The translations under genes and the position numbers were made by a program. The notes beneath the pieces are model-generated. The model did not search any database and was not told the origin of the DNA. It saw nothing but the letters and a program-made list of their open reading frames with translations. From Deltaproteobacteria bacterium (GTDB lineage: Bacteria; Desulfobacterota; Binatia; UTPRO1), in contig JAJCZP010000168.1 in the NCBI GenBank assembly GCA_029262315.1, forward strand, positions 10,825-74,824: DNA of 64,000 bases, written 5' to 3'. The stretch's first letter is position 1. Every line of letters starts with the position of its first letter. Of the stretch, positions 8,337-16,567 are shown piece after piece.

Positions 8337-8359
8337 GGTTTGCAGATGGTTTGCAAACC
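8337..8359. promoter_or_regulatory. hairpin/palindrome ggtttgca-N7-tgcaaacc (contains perfect 12-bp palindrome GGTTTGCAAACC) between OLD gene and tRNA-Ser 3' end
   Basis: Seen in sequence. No U-tract follows. Candidate integrase core-type site or transcription attenuator. Confidence 0.3.
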
Positions 8360-8418
8360 GCTGGCAAGGCCCTCGCAGACTATCAGGACGAGGACCGCAA
8401 GCTCCTGAAGTTATTGAG

Positions 8419-8503
8419 CGGAGGGGGTGGGATTCGAACCCACGAGAGCTTGCGCCCTGCCGGTTTTCAAGACCGGTGCCTTCGACCGCTCGGCCACCCC
8501 TCC
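8419..8503 (-). tRNA. tRNA-Ser (anticodon UGA)
   Basis: Reverse complement folds as GGAGGGG-T-GGCCGAGCGGTCGAAGGC-ACCGG-CTTGAAA-ACCGG-long variable arm-GTGGGTTCGAATCCCAC-CCCCTCC-G. It has a 7-bp acceptor stem, a 5-bp anticodon stem and a loop CU-UGA-AA. The long variable arm indicates a class II tRNA. CCA is not encoded. Plus-strand ORF 8351..8650 ('GGGIRTHE') is the tRNA shadow. Confidence 0.85.
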
Positions 8504-8697
8504 GGTGGTGTGCGCGTGAAGCGCCGGGCCGAGTTTTGCCCTGCCCGCTCGAAGTTGCAACCGACGCCGTATCGGCGCGGCGGACACGGCCGTGAGGAAT
8601 TCGATGTACGGCGCCGCGGCTCAGCGTCGGAGCGCTACCCTACACCCTGATTGCGCTATTTGAGGTACCTGAGCACTCGCGAGCCGCGCCCCGCTGT

Positions 8698-11124
8698 TCA
8701 CGGATTGCACTCTGCCGCGTACTCGATACCGACCGCCGACACGTCATCCCCCACGCTCGCATCGGCCATGCAGTCGGCCTTGAACTCGAGAACGCAGCTG
8801 ATGCAGTCGACGTACTCCTGCAGGGTATCGACGTCGGCGTTGGTGCAGTCGAGGCCACTCGGATGAACGCCGTTCGGCGGCACACTGACGCTCGGGCATA
8901 CGTACGGCAGGTCGACGATGTCGCCGAGCGTGATCGTCACGCCGCTCACGGGTTCACCAACGGCATCACACACGCCGTCCTTGTCGGCGTCGCCGCCCCC
9001 ACCGCACGTCTTGCAGATCTTGGCGATGCTCTTCTGCTCGGCCTTTTTGATCTTCTCGGTGGTCTTGCTGTCGCCGGGGGTGGCGGGTGGATTGCCCGAG
9101 CCGAGTGAGGGATCGGTCTCGGGACATGCGTCGGCATCGTCATATCCGGTCTTGCTCTTCAACTTGGCGTCCCAGCACTTGTTCAAGAGCTTGTGCTTGG
9201 TCACCAGGAACTTGCCGCCCTCTTTGGCGATGGTCTCCTGACACTTGTTGACCCGCTTCCCGGGATCGCCGCTGTTGGCCGGGAAGAAGCTCGCCGTGTT
9301 GAACTCGTCGTAGAGGAGATGGTCGACGGCCTGATCCACGGCCTTGTCGACGATACATTCGAGGCACGTTCCGATGCCGCCACAATCGGTGATGGCATTG
9401 TCGCATTCGGTCCCGGTGCCTGACTCGAGGTTCATGCAGCTGCCGATGCCCCAGCCGATCGCAGCGAGCGTCTCGTCACCGTCACCCGGGGCAACCTCAC
9501 AGATCCTGTTCGACCCCCCGCAGCGCTTGGCGATCCCGTCCTTCAGCTTGGTGACGGCACGGTCGATCTTGCTACCGGGGGTCTTCAGGGCCGCGACCGT
9601 GCAGTTGGCAAAGTCGGGCATGAGCGGCGGATCGCCGCGGGTCATCGACGCTTTCTTGCACTTGTCGATGTTCTTCTGCACCTGCTTCGCGTACTTGCCG
9701 ACTTCTTTGTTGATGGCGCGCGTACACTTGGCGGAGTCGCTGCTTGCGGGTGTGGCCACGCCATCAGCAATCCCCTCGATGGCCGCCACGAGGGCGTTGT
9801 ACGCGATCAACTGGCCGGCGTTCAGGTTGCCGACGGGAAGCAGATTCATGGTCTCGAACGGGAAGGCGTTCAGGTCGAAGAACTCTTCATACACCCCATT
9901 CCGCCAGATCAACTTGTACTGATCGTCGCGAACGGCACGCTGCTCGTCGGTATACGGACCGAAACCGTTCGGCTCGAAGCGCTCGGCGTAGGAATAGGGC
10001 CGAGCCGAGGAGGTCGTGAGCGTGGGATCTTCGAGATACGGCACGAAACTCAGCGAGTCTTCGGTCGCGGCTGCGACCCCTGCGATCTCGGCGATGGTCG
10101 CGAGCAGATCCACCGAGCTGACGAGCGCCTGGCTCTCGTCGCCTTCGTCGAGGGCATCGATCCGCGGGCCCGTCACGATCAACGGGACGTTGGTTCCACC
10201 TTCGTACAGCGACCCCTTGGCGTGCGGCCCGGTGAACGGGGATTCCGACGCGCCCGACGGCGTACCGTTGTCGCCGATGAAGATGACCGTGGTATCGGCC
10301 CGGATGGGAGCAGGAATACTCGCCAATACACGGCCGATCTCGGTGTCCATCGCTTCCACGGCGGCCTTGAACTTGGTGGGATTGTCGGAGCCGGCATTGA
10401 CCGCAATGGTCGTGAGACTCGGTGGCGGCACGTGGAACGGCGTATGGGCAGCGTTGAACGCCAGCCACACGAACCACGGATCCTCGCCATACTCGGCGAT
10501 CTTCGCGATCGCCTCGTCGGCGGCGTCGGTCGTAGCATAGGTGGTCACGCCGACCTGGGTGGAGCCCGTCGTGCTCGTCGAGTTGGTCGTCTTGTTCCAC
10601 GATTCGTAGTCGCCGATGCCACCGCCGAGCCCGCCGGCGTAGTAGTCGAAGCCGGTGTCGATCGGGTGGTCGACATCGCCGTTATCGCCGATGTGCCATT
10701 TCCCGATCGCGGCGGTGTGATGCGTCGCCGTAAGTAACTCCGGAATCGTCGTCTCGTCGAGATCGAGCACCGCCGACTCGGGCACGCCGATGCCGGTCCG
10801 GAATCCGTAGCGTCCGGTCAGGGCCTCGGCGCGTGTCGGCGCGCATACGGGGTTCGTCGATGCGTGGCGAAACAGGATGCCGTCGGCGGCCAGCTGATCG
10901 ATATTGGGCGTGGGACCCGGAGCCGCCCCTTCGCCGTAGACGTTGATCCCGTCCACGCCGACGTCATCGGCGATGATGATCAGGAAGTTGTCTCGCGCCT
11001 GCGCCCACGTGGGGAGGAGAACGGCGACGAGCAACGCGATTGCCCGGAGCGCGCTCGCACTCCGACGTACGCGGCCCGCGTTGGTGGCGTGGCCCGCGTG
11101 AGCAACTCTTCGGGTTCTCGACAT
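8698..11124 (-). CDS. secreted formylglycine-type sulfatase (arylsulfatase family) with ~330-aa Cys/Lys-rich C-terminal extension
   Basis: Signal peptide ...ALRAIALLVAVLLPTWAQA. LIIIADDVG and NPVCAPTRAEALTGRY are the C-x-P-x-R formylglycine motif. GKWHIGD is also present. The C-terminal ~330 aa carry about 26 Cys in two similar modules (KCTRAINKEVGKYAKQVQKNIDKCKK... / KCQETIAKEGGKFLVTKHKLLNKCWDAKLK...). Confidence 0.8.
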   Translation of the reverse strand: MSRTRRVAHAGHATNAGRVRRSASALRAIALLVAVLLPTWAQARDNFLIIIADDVGVDGINVYGEGAAPGPTPNIDQLAADGILFRHASTNPVCAPTRAEALTGRYGFRTGIGVPESAVLDLDETTIPELLTATHHTAAIGKWHIGDNGDVDHPIDTGFDYYAGGLGGGIGDYESWNKTTNSTSTTGSTQVGVTTYATTDAADEAIAKIAEYGEDPWFVWLAFNAAHTPFHVPPPSLTTIAVNAGSDNPTKFKAAVEAMDTEIGRVLASIPAPIRADTTVIFIGDNGTPSGASESPFTGPHAKGSLYEGGTNVPLIVTGPRIDALDEGDESQALVSSVDLLATIAEIAGVAAATEDSLSFVPYLEDPTLTTSSARPYSYAERFEPNGFGPYTDEQRAVRDDQYKLIWRNGVYEEFFDLNAFPFETMNLLPVGNLNAGQLIAYNALVAAIEGIADGVATPASSDSAKCTRAINKEVGKYAKQVQKNIDKCKKASMTRGDPPLMPDFANCTVAALKTPGSKIDRAVTKLKDGIAKRCGGSNRICEVAPGDGDETLAAIGWGIGSCMNLESGTGTECDNAITDCGGIGTCLECIVDKAVDQAVDHLLYDEFNTASFFPANSGDPGKRVNKCQETIAKEGGKFLVTKHKLLNKCWDAKLKSKTGYDDADACPETDPSLGSGNPPATPGDSKTTEKIKKAEQKSIAKICKTCGGGGDADKDGVCDAVGEPVSGVTITLGDIVDLPYVCPSVSVPPNGVHPSGLDCTNADVDTLQEYVDCISCVLEFKADCMADASVGDDVSAVGIEYAAECNP

Positions 11125-11327
11125 GGCTTCACCCCCATCGTCGGATCAGTGCATCTGTTGAACCGCATTCAGGGTCACGGCGAGTCGGCACTCCCCCTAC
11201 GCGGCGTGCCAGCACTACAGCACTCGGGAACCCCTAGGGTCAACAGCGCACCAACGCTCATCTGGCCGGATTGCGATGTGCCCGCTTCGCAACCCGCACG
11301 GGCATCTGGCATCATCCGGCCGCGATC

Positions 11328-13652
11328 ATGCTTTATTTCCGTGTCAGCGAAGACCGCCCACGTACAGGGGAATCATCTTCGCGACGGCGGCAGTGGTCCC
11401 ATCCCGCCGTGCTCAGCGTCCTCGCAATGCTCCTGCTGGCTTGCGACGGCCCCACGGAGCCCACCGCACCCCCGGCGAACCCACCAACTCGGGCCGCGGC
11501 GACACCGGCCGCGCCCGCGGAGTACGTGACGAGCGAGGCGTGCGCTAGCTGCCATGCCGAAGCCTACGCGTCCTGGACAGGCTCGCACCACGACCTCGCC
11601 ATGCAACCCGCGACGGAGACGACTGTCGAGGGCGACTTCGACGACACCTCCTTCACGCACCGGGGAGTGACCTCGCGCTTCTTCCGCCGCAAGGAGCGTT
11701 TCGTCGTTCATACGCAGGGCGCCGACGGGGTCATGGCCGATTTCGAGGTCCTGTACACCTTCGGCGCGATGCCGCTCCAACAATACCTCGTTCGGCAACC
11801 GGACGGCCGGCTCCACGCGCTCACCACCGCCTGGGACGCGCGACCCGCGAGCGACGGCGGACAGCGCTGGTTCGAGCTGAACGATGGTGAGGTGCCACCG
11901 GGCGACGTGCTCCACTGGACAGGACCGGCTCAGAATTGGAACGCCACCTGCGCCGCATGCCATTCGACCGCCCTCCGGAAGGGTTTCGACATCGACGCCG
12001 GGACGTACGACACGACCTGGTCGGACGTGAACGTTGGGTGCGAGGCGTGTCACGGACCGGCCTCGCGACACGTCGCGTGGGCCGAGCGCGAACCAACAGA
12101 GAACACCGACGACGACACTCGCGGGCTGGTAGTCGATCTCGGCAACGACGGCGGGCGCTGGGTCATGAATCCCACGACAGGAATCGCCCGGCGCAGCACG
12201 CCACTCAGTACACGGACCGAGATCGACACCTGCGCCCCCTGCCATGCGCGACGCTCGATGCTACGTGAGGCGGATCCTGGCACTCCGTTTCTCGACGCCT
12301 ACCGTCCAGCATTGCTGGAGCCCGGGCTGTACCACGCCGACGGGCAGATCCGCGACGAGGTCTACGTGTGGGGCTCCTTCGTACAGAGTCGCATGTACCG
12401 TGCGGGCGTCACGTGCAGCGATTGCCATGAGCCACACACGCTGACCGTGCGCGGCGACACCGAACGCGTGTGCCACCAGTGTCACGATGTCGCGCGCTTC
12501 GGTACGACCGGGCATCACCACCATACGCCGGGAACACCAGGATCGGCTTGCGTCGACTGCCACATGCCTGCGCGCACGTACATGGGTGTCGACGAACGGC
12601 GCGATCACGGATTTCAGGTTCCGCGGCCGGATCTCAGCGCACGTCTCGATACCCCGAACGCCTGCAATGGATGCCACGCGGACCAACCCGCATCCTGGGC
12701 AGCGCGCGCGATCGCCGATTGGCCGGGCACGAAGCACGCGGGCACACCCCATTTTGCCGACGTGATGGTCACTGCCGCTCGCGGGGAGCCCGAGGCCATC
12801 CAAGGGCTGGCGGGCCTGAGCGCCGATCCGGACCTGGCCGGGATCGTGCGGGCGACGGCGTTGGCGCAGCTGCCCGGGGCGTTGACGCAGCTCCCCGGGG
12901 CCCCGGCCCCGCTCCTCGCCGCCGCCATCATGCGGGCGCGCGATGATACCGATCCACTGGTTCGCTTCGCCGCCGCGGGCGCCGCGGCTGGGCTCCCCCC
13001 CGCCGATCGCATCGCGCTGCTGACGCCTCTCCTTGCGGATCCCGTGGAGCTGGTTCGAAGCGAGGCCGGCCGCAACCTCGCGCCTGCGCCGCGAACCGCG
13101 CTCGACGCGGCGCAGGCCGAACGGCTCGACGCGGCCCTGCGCACGTACCGACGCCACCAACGGACGAACGCCGACCAGCCGAGCGCCCACGTCAATCTTG
13201 GCCTGCTCTACGCGGAGATGCAGCAACCCTCCCTGGCCGAGAGCGCCTACCGGCGCGCGATCGCGGTCGGGCCGTGGTTCATCCCGGCCTACGTCAACCT
13301 GGCCGATCTGTACCGCGCCACGGGACGGGACGAGAACAGCGAGGCGGTGCTGCTCGCCGCGCTCGAGCAGACACACGACGTCGCGGAGGTCCACCACGCA
13401 CTGGGCCTCCTCCGCGTGCGGCAACAGCGGCTCGATGCCGCCCTCCCTTCGCTCGAGACCGCTGCGACGCTCGCACCTGAGAATCCCCGCTTCGCCTACG
13501 TATACGGCGTGGCCCTGCACTCCTCCGGCCGGACCGAGCAGGCCCTCGACGTGCTGCGCGCGGCGCGCGCACGACATCCGCATCACACCGAGACGAGCCA
13601 GGCCCTCGCCACGTTCGGCCGCGAGCCCGGCGTCGACAGCGCCGACGACTAG
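11328..13652 (+). CDS. multiheme (8x CXXCH) c-type cytochrome lipoprotein with C-terminal TPR-like repeats
   Basis: Eight CXXCH motifs: CASCH, CAACH, CEACH, CAPCH, CSDCH, CHQCH, CVDCH, CNGCH. Lipobox LLLAC. The C-terminal ~250 aa are Ala/Leu-rich TPR-like (..AHVNLGLLYAEMQQPSLAESAYRRAIAVGP..YVNLADLY..). Start chosen is ATG 11328; alternatives are GTG 11409 and ATG 11427. The ORF from 11271 is possible. Confidence 0.7.
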   Translation: MLYFRVSEDRPRTGESSSRRRQWSHPAVLSVLAMLLLACDGPTEPTAPPANPPTRAAATPAAPAEYVTSEACASCHAEAYASWTGSHHDLAMQPATETTVEGDFDDTSFTHRGVTSRFFRRKERFVVHTQGADGVMADFEVLYTFGAMPLQQYLVRQPDGRLHALTTAWDARPASDGGQRWFELNDGEVPPGDVLHWTGPAQNWNATCAACHSTALRKGFDIDAGTYDTTWSDVNVGCEACHGPASRHVAWAEREPTENTDDDTRGLVVDLGNDGGRWVMNPTTGIARRSTPLSTRTEIDTCAPCHARRSMLREADPGTPFLDAYRPALLEPGLYHADGQIRDEVYVWGSFVQSRMYRAGVTCSDCHEPHTLTVRGDTERVCHQCHDVARFGTTGHHHHTPGTPGSACVDCHMPARTYMGVDERRDHGFQVPRPDLSARLDTPNACNGCHADQPASWAARAIADWPGTKHAGTPHFADVMVTAARGEPEAIQGLAGLSADPDLAGIVRATALAQLPGALTQLPGAPAPLLAAAIMRARDDTDPLVRFAAAGAAAGLPPADRIALLTPLLADPVELVRSEAGRNLAPAPRTALDAAQAERLDAALRTYRRHQRTNADQPSAHVNLGLLYAEMQQPSLAESAYRRAIAVGPWFIPAYVNLADLYRATGRDENSEAVLLAALEQTHDVAEVHHALGLLRVRQQRLDAALPSLETAATLAPENPRFAYVYGVALHSSGRTEQALDVLRAARARHPHHTETSQALATFGREPGVDSADD

Positions 13653-13697
13653 CAGAAGCCCGCACATCAGCTCGCTCATCGAGAGCTGACGCGATCG

Positions 13698-13730
13698 GCA
13701 CCCGCCTCCCGCTGGCGGGTGCCGTGTTTT
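13698..13730 (+). terminator. rho-independent terminator downstream of cytochrome gene
   Basis: gcacccgcc-tcccgct-ggcgggtgc, a 9-bp GC stem with 7-nt loop, followed by cgtgtttt. Confidence 0.55.
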
Positions 13731-13992
13731 GCTCCCTCCGCATCCGGGGCCCCACCCGCACGGCGATAGCGCACCCCAGACCCGCACCCAAGCGCGCGCA
13801 CCGAAAGCCGAAACGCGCAGGCGCGCCCGCGCCCACCATGAGACTTCCCGTGCCTCGCGCCACTCGCCGTCGCGGGCGCGCGACTTGCTGTTTCCCTCTG
13901 TCGTGAGCAGACCGAACACGAATTCGACGCACTCCACGGGCCGTAGCGCCGAGCGCACTGCGCGTGCGACCACGCAACCAAGCGGCGCCGCC

Positions 13993-15009
13993 GTGGCGGG
14001 CGTCACGAAATCGTCGACCTCACCCTCGAAACGACAACGGCTTTCGAAGGCGGCGCTCGCCCTCCTCGTGGGCGTGCTGGCAATCGCATGGAGTCCGCGC
14101 GTCGAGGCGTTGATCGTTGGCGGCGGAGGCAGCCGCACAACGGACTGCCTCGCCGTCTTCAACGCGCCCGCGAATCGCCCCGCGCGCCGGCCACGCCACA
14201 TTCAGTGCACCGACGGCGACCCCTGCGATGCGGACGGCCTGGTCGATGGCCAGTGCAGCTTCCCGGTCGCGGCCTGCATCAACAGCACGCTGATCGATCG
14301 CTGCTCCCTGACCGGCATCGAGACCCTCACGGTCGAGCATGCCGAGGACAATGGCGACCCGGAGTTCGACCCCGACTTCCAGGCACTGCAGGCGCGCATC
14401 GACGCCGACCTGACTTTCCCGAGCCTCGCGACGAACCAGTGTGCGCTACCAGCCACGATCCAGGTACCCGTCCGCGGGCCCTTCCGGAAGAATCGCTGCA
14501 AGAAGGGGAAGAAGCGCCTGCGAATGCGCGCCGTCTCGACCCTGATCGACGACCGACGCGTCAAGGTCGATCGCGACGACCTCAAGCTCACGTGCCTGCC
14601 GGCACCGAGCGGCTGCAGTCCACGTCAATTCTTCTCGTCCACCTTCGATCGAGTGCAGCGCCAGATCTTCAATCAGACCTGCGCGGTCAGTGCCTGCCAC
14701 GACTCGGAAGCCGTCGCGGGCAGCCTGCTCCTCGAGACGGGCGCGTCGCATGCCAACCTGGTGGGCGCGATCCCAACGAACGCTCTCGCCGGGAATGCCG
14801 GCTGGCACCGCGTCGCGGTTCCCGCGCCGGGCACCGGCGATCTCACACGAAGCTACCTGCTGCACAAGATCACGGGGGACCTGCCCACAGGCTTCGGCTC
14901 ACGCATGCCTCTCGGCGGACGCAAGCTCGATCGCACGTTGGTGGACGTCATCACGCTTTGGATCGCCGCGGGTGCTCCGAACGACGGGTGGGTCCCCGGA
15001 ACAGACTAG
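13993..15009 (+). CDS. secreted Cys-rich protein with C-terminal PSCyt1-like (planctomycete cytochrome-c-like) domain
   Basis: Putative signal peptide KRQRLSKAALALLVGVLAIAWSPRVEA after GTG 13993. C-terminus FDRVQRQIFNQTCAVSACHDS...LLLE...VPAPGTGDLTRSYLLHKITGDLP...MPLGGRKLDRTLVDVITLWIAAGAP matches the PSCyt1 pattern but with C-x4-CH instead of CXXCH. Start is uncertain; the long ORF from 13729 has an Arg-rich, unlikely N-terminus. Confidence 0.45.
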   Translation: MAGVTKSSTSPSKRQRLSKAALALLVGVLAIAWSPRVEALIVGGGGSRTTDCLAVFNAPANRPARRPRHIQCTDGDPCDADGLVDGQCSFPVAACINSTLIDRCSLTGIETLTVEHAEDNGDPEFDPDFQALQARIDADLTFPSLATNQCALPATIQVPVRGPFRKNRCKKGKKRLRMRAVSTLIDDRRVKVDRDDLKLTCLPAPSGCSPRQFFSSTFDRVQRQIFNQTCAVSACHDSEAVAGSLLLETGASHANLVGAIPTNALAGNAGWHRVAVPAPGTGDLTRSYLLHKITGDLPTGFGSRMPLGGRKLDRTLVDVITLWIAAGAPNDGWVPGTD

Positions 15010-15034
15010 GGCTTTCAGGAGGAGGAGAGACGAC

Positions 15035-16546
15035 ATGGGAGATGCGAACACCCTATTGACCCCGGCGGAAACCCGCCATGTGCTGAAGCGAACCGGCTTC
15101 GGACTCTCGAAGCGCGATCGGCGTACCGCGGAGCGCAATCGCAAATCACGCGGCGCCTTCGTCGACAAGCTGTTGCGGGCGAAACCGAAGAGCCCGCGCT
15201 TCAAAGGCGACAGCTTCAGCAACGCGCAGGACGCCTGGCTCATCCATTTGTCCAAGACCAAGGCGGTACTTCCCGAAAAGCTGGTGCTCTTCTGGCACGA
15301 CCACTTCTCGACGGGCATCGACGTCGTCGCGCGCACCGGCCTCATGACGCAACAGAACGAGTTGCTGCACACCTTCGCGAAGGGAAACTTCAAGGAGTTC
15401 GTGCGGGCGATGAATCGCAACCCGGCGATGATGGAGTTTCTCGACACGGTGCGGAACCGCAAGGAGAACCCGAACGAGAACTATCCGCGCGAGCTCTGCG
15501 AGCTCTTCACGCTCGGCGTGAAGGACCTGCTCGGACAGCCGAACTACACCCAGGACGACATAGTCCAGATCGCACGTGCGTTCACGGGCTGGCGCTATTC
15601 GGCTCCCGAGCGACGGGATGAGCGCCTCTACGAGCGTTCCGAGCCCTTCTTCGAGGAGAGCCGCCACGACTTCGCGGCCAACTATCCCGAGCGCGGCCCA
15701 AAGACGATCTTCACCACCACCGGCGGCTTCGGCCCGGGCGGCGCCGCGTTCGACGCCGACGGCGAAGGCCCGAGCGAGATCGACACAGTCATCGACATCC
15801 TGTTCGCGCACCGCGACAGCGAGGGCATGAACACGATCGCCCGTCGCACGGCGTACCGGCTGCTCGAGTATTTCGCGCACCCGAACCCGGACTTGGCGGT
15901 GGTGGACGAGGTCGTTGCGACGTCGAACTTCGACACCACCTGGAACATCAAAACGCTGCTCCGGGCGATCCTCACCCACGATGCGTTCTATGTCACCGCC
16001 GCACCCGCACCGTTCAATGCCTCGACCATCAAATCCGTGAAGTGGCCGATCGATCTGGTGATCGGCACGATCCGCGCTCTCGGCATGAAGCTCAAAGTCG
16101 ACCGGGAACGCGGTCTGCGGATCGAGGGCGGCGGCCGGGCACGCCTCCGCTCCCATCTCGAAGAGATGGGGCAGGAGCTCATGAACCCGCCGAGTGTCTT
16201 CGGCTGGGACTGGGAAGTGGCGTGGCTGAGCAGTGCGACGCTTCTCGCCCGTTTCGTGTTCGCGCGCGATGTCGGCGCGGCTCGCGGGAGGGGCCGCAAT
16301 ACCTTCATTCCGAAGAAGGTCCTCAACCTGAGACTCACCGATCCAGACGCCATCGTCGATGCCGTGCTCGCCATCCTCGGCCTGTCGGACCAACTCAGCG
16401 CGGCAGAACACGCGGCACTGGTCGACTATCTCACCGATGGCGGCACGCTCACGTCACTCGACCTGAAGGACGAGGACACGCACGACGAGCGACTGCATGG
16501 ACTGTTCGCACTGGCGCTGCAGGCGCCGGCCTATCAGCTGCACTAG
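15035..16546 (+). CDS. DUF1800 family protein
   Basis: LVLFWHDHFSTG and NENYPRELCELFTLGV...YTQDDI are DUF1800 signature blocks. ATG 15035 is preceded by AGGAGGAGGAG. The upstream in-frame extension to 14690 is Arg-rich junk. Confidence 0.75.
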   Translation: MGDANTLLTPAETRHVLKRTGFGLSKRDRRTAERNRKSRGAFVDKLLRAKPKSPRFKGDSFSNAQDAWLIHLSKTKAVLPEKLVLFWHDHFSTGIDVVARTGLMTQQNELLHTFAKGNFKEFVRAMNRNPAMMEFLDTVRNRKENPNENYPRELCELFTLGVKDLLGQPNYTQDDIVQIARAFTGWRYSAPERRDERLYERSEPFFEESRHDFAANYPERGPKTIFTTTGGFGPGGAAFDADGEGPSEIDTVIDILFAHRDSEGMNTIARRTAYRLLEYFAHPNPDLAVVDEVVATSNFDTTWNIKTLLRAILTHDAFYVTAAPAPFNASTIKSVKWPIDLVIGTIRALGMKLKVDRERGLRIEGGGRARLRSHLEEMGQELMNPPSVFGWDWEVAWLSSATLLARFVFARDVGAARGRGRNTFIPKKVLNLRLTDPDAIVDAVLAILGLSDQLSAAEHAALVDYLTDGGTLTSLDLKDEDTHDERLHGLFALALQAPAYQLH

Positions 16547-16567
16547 GACACGAGGGGGGAACGACTC

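Larger units (their letters stand above)
1741..8419. mobile_element. putative integrative/degraded mobile region adjacent to the tRNA-Ser 3' end (recombinases, xis, OLD nuclease cargo); left boundary uncertain
   Basis: Tyrosine integrase, excisionase and a serine recombinase cluster next to a tRNA 3' end. Cargo genes (OLD, zf-CGNR-like) look lower in GC by eye. No attR direct repeat of the tRNA 3' end was found by eye. Confidence 0.4.

Noticed and set aside
1-8400. attR (direct repeat of tRNA-Ser 3' end) for the island
   Set aside because: Visual search for gggattcgaacc / ttcgaacccac-like segments found only weak partial matches (e.g. ctcgaaccac at ~20-30, ttcgaatgcgcc at ~940). These are not credible, so no attR is reported.
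8351-8650. 99-aa ORF 'MQTAGKALADYQDE...GGGIRTHESLRPAGFQDRCLRPLGHPSGG'
   Set aside because: The GGGIRTHE peptide is the classic translation artefact of a tRNA T-arm. The region is the tRNA-Ser gene on the opposite strand.
12261-14201. 646-aa minus-strand ORF
   Set aside because: It is antisense to the octaheme cytochrome. It is Arg/Gly-rich and low-complexity, with no motifs.
15146-16411. 421-aa minus-strand ORF
   Set aside because: It is antisense to DUF1800. Its composition is Glu/Arg/Ala-rich mirror-frame.
14690-16546. 618-aa ORF as DUF1800 start
   Set aside because: The N-terminal 115 residues are Arg/Ser/Thr-rich junk overlapping the previous gene. ATG 15035 with an AGGAGG RBS gives a normal DUF1800 protein.
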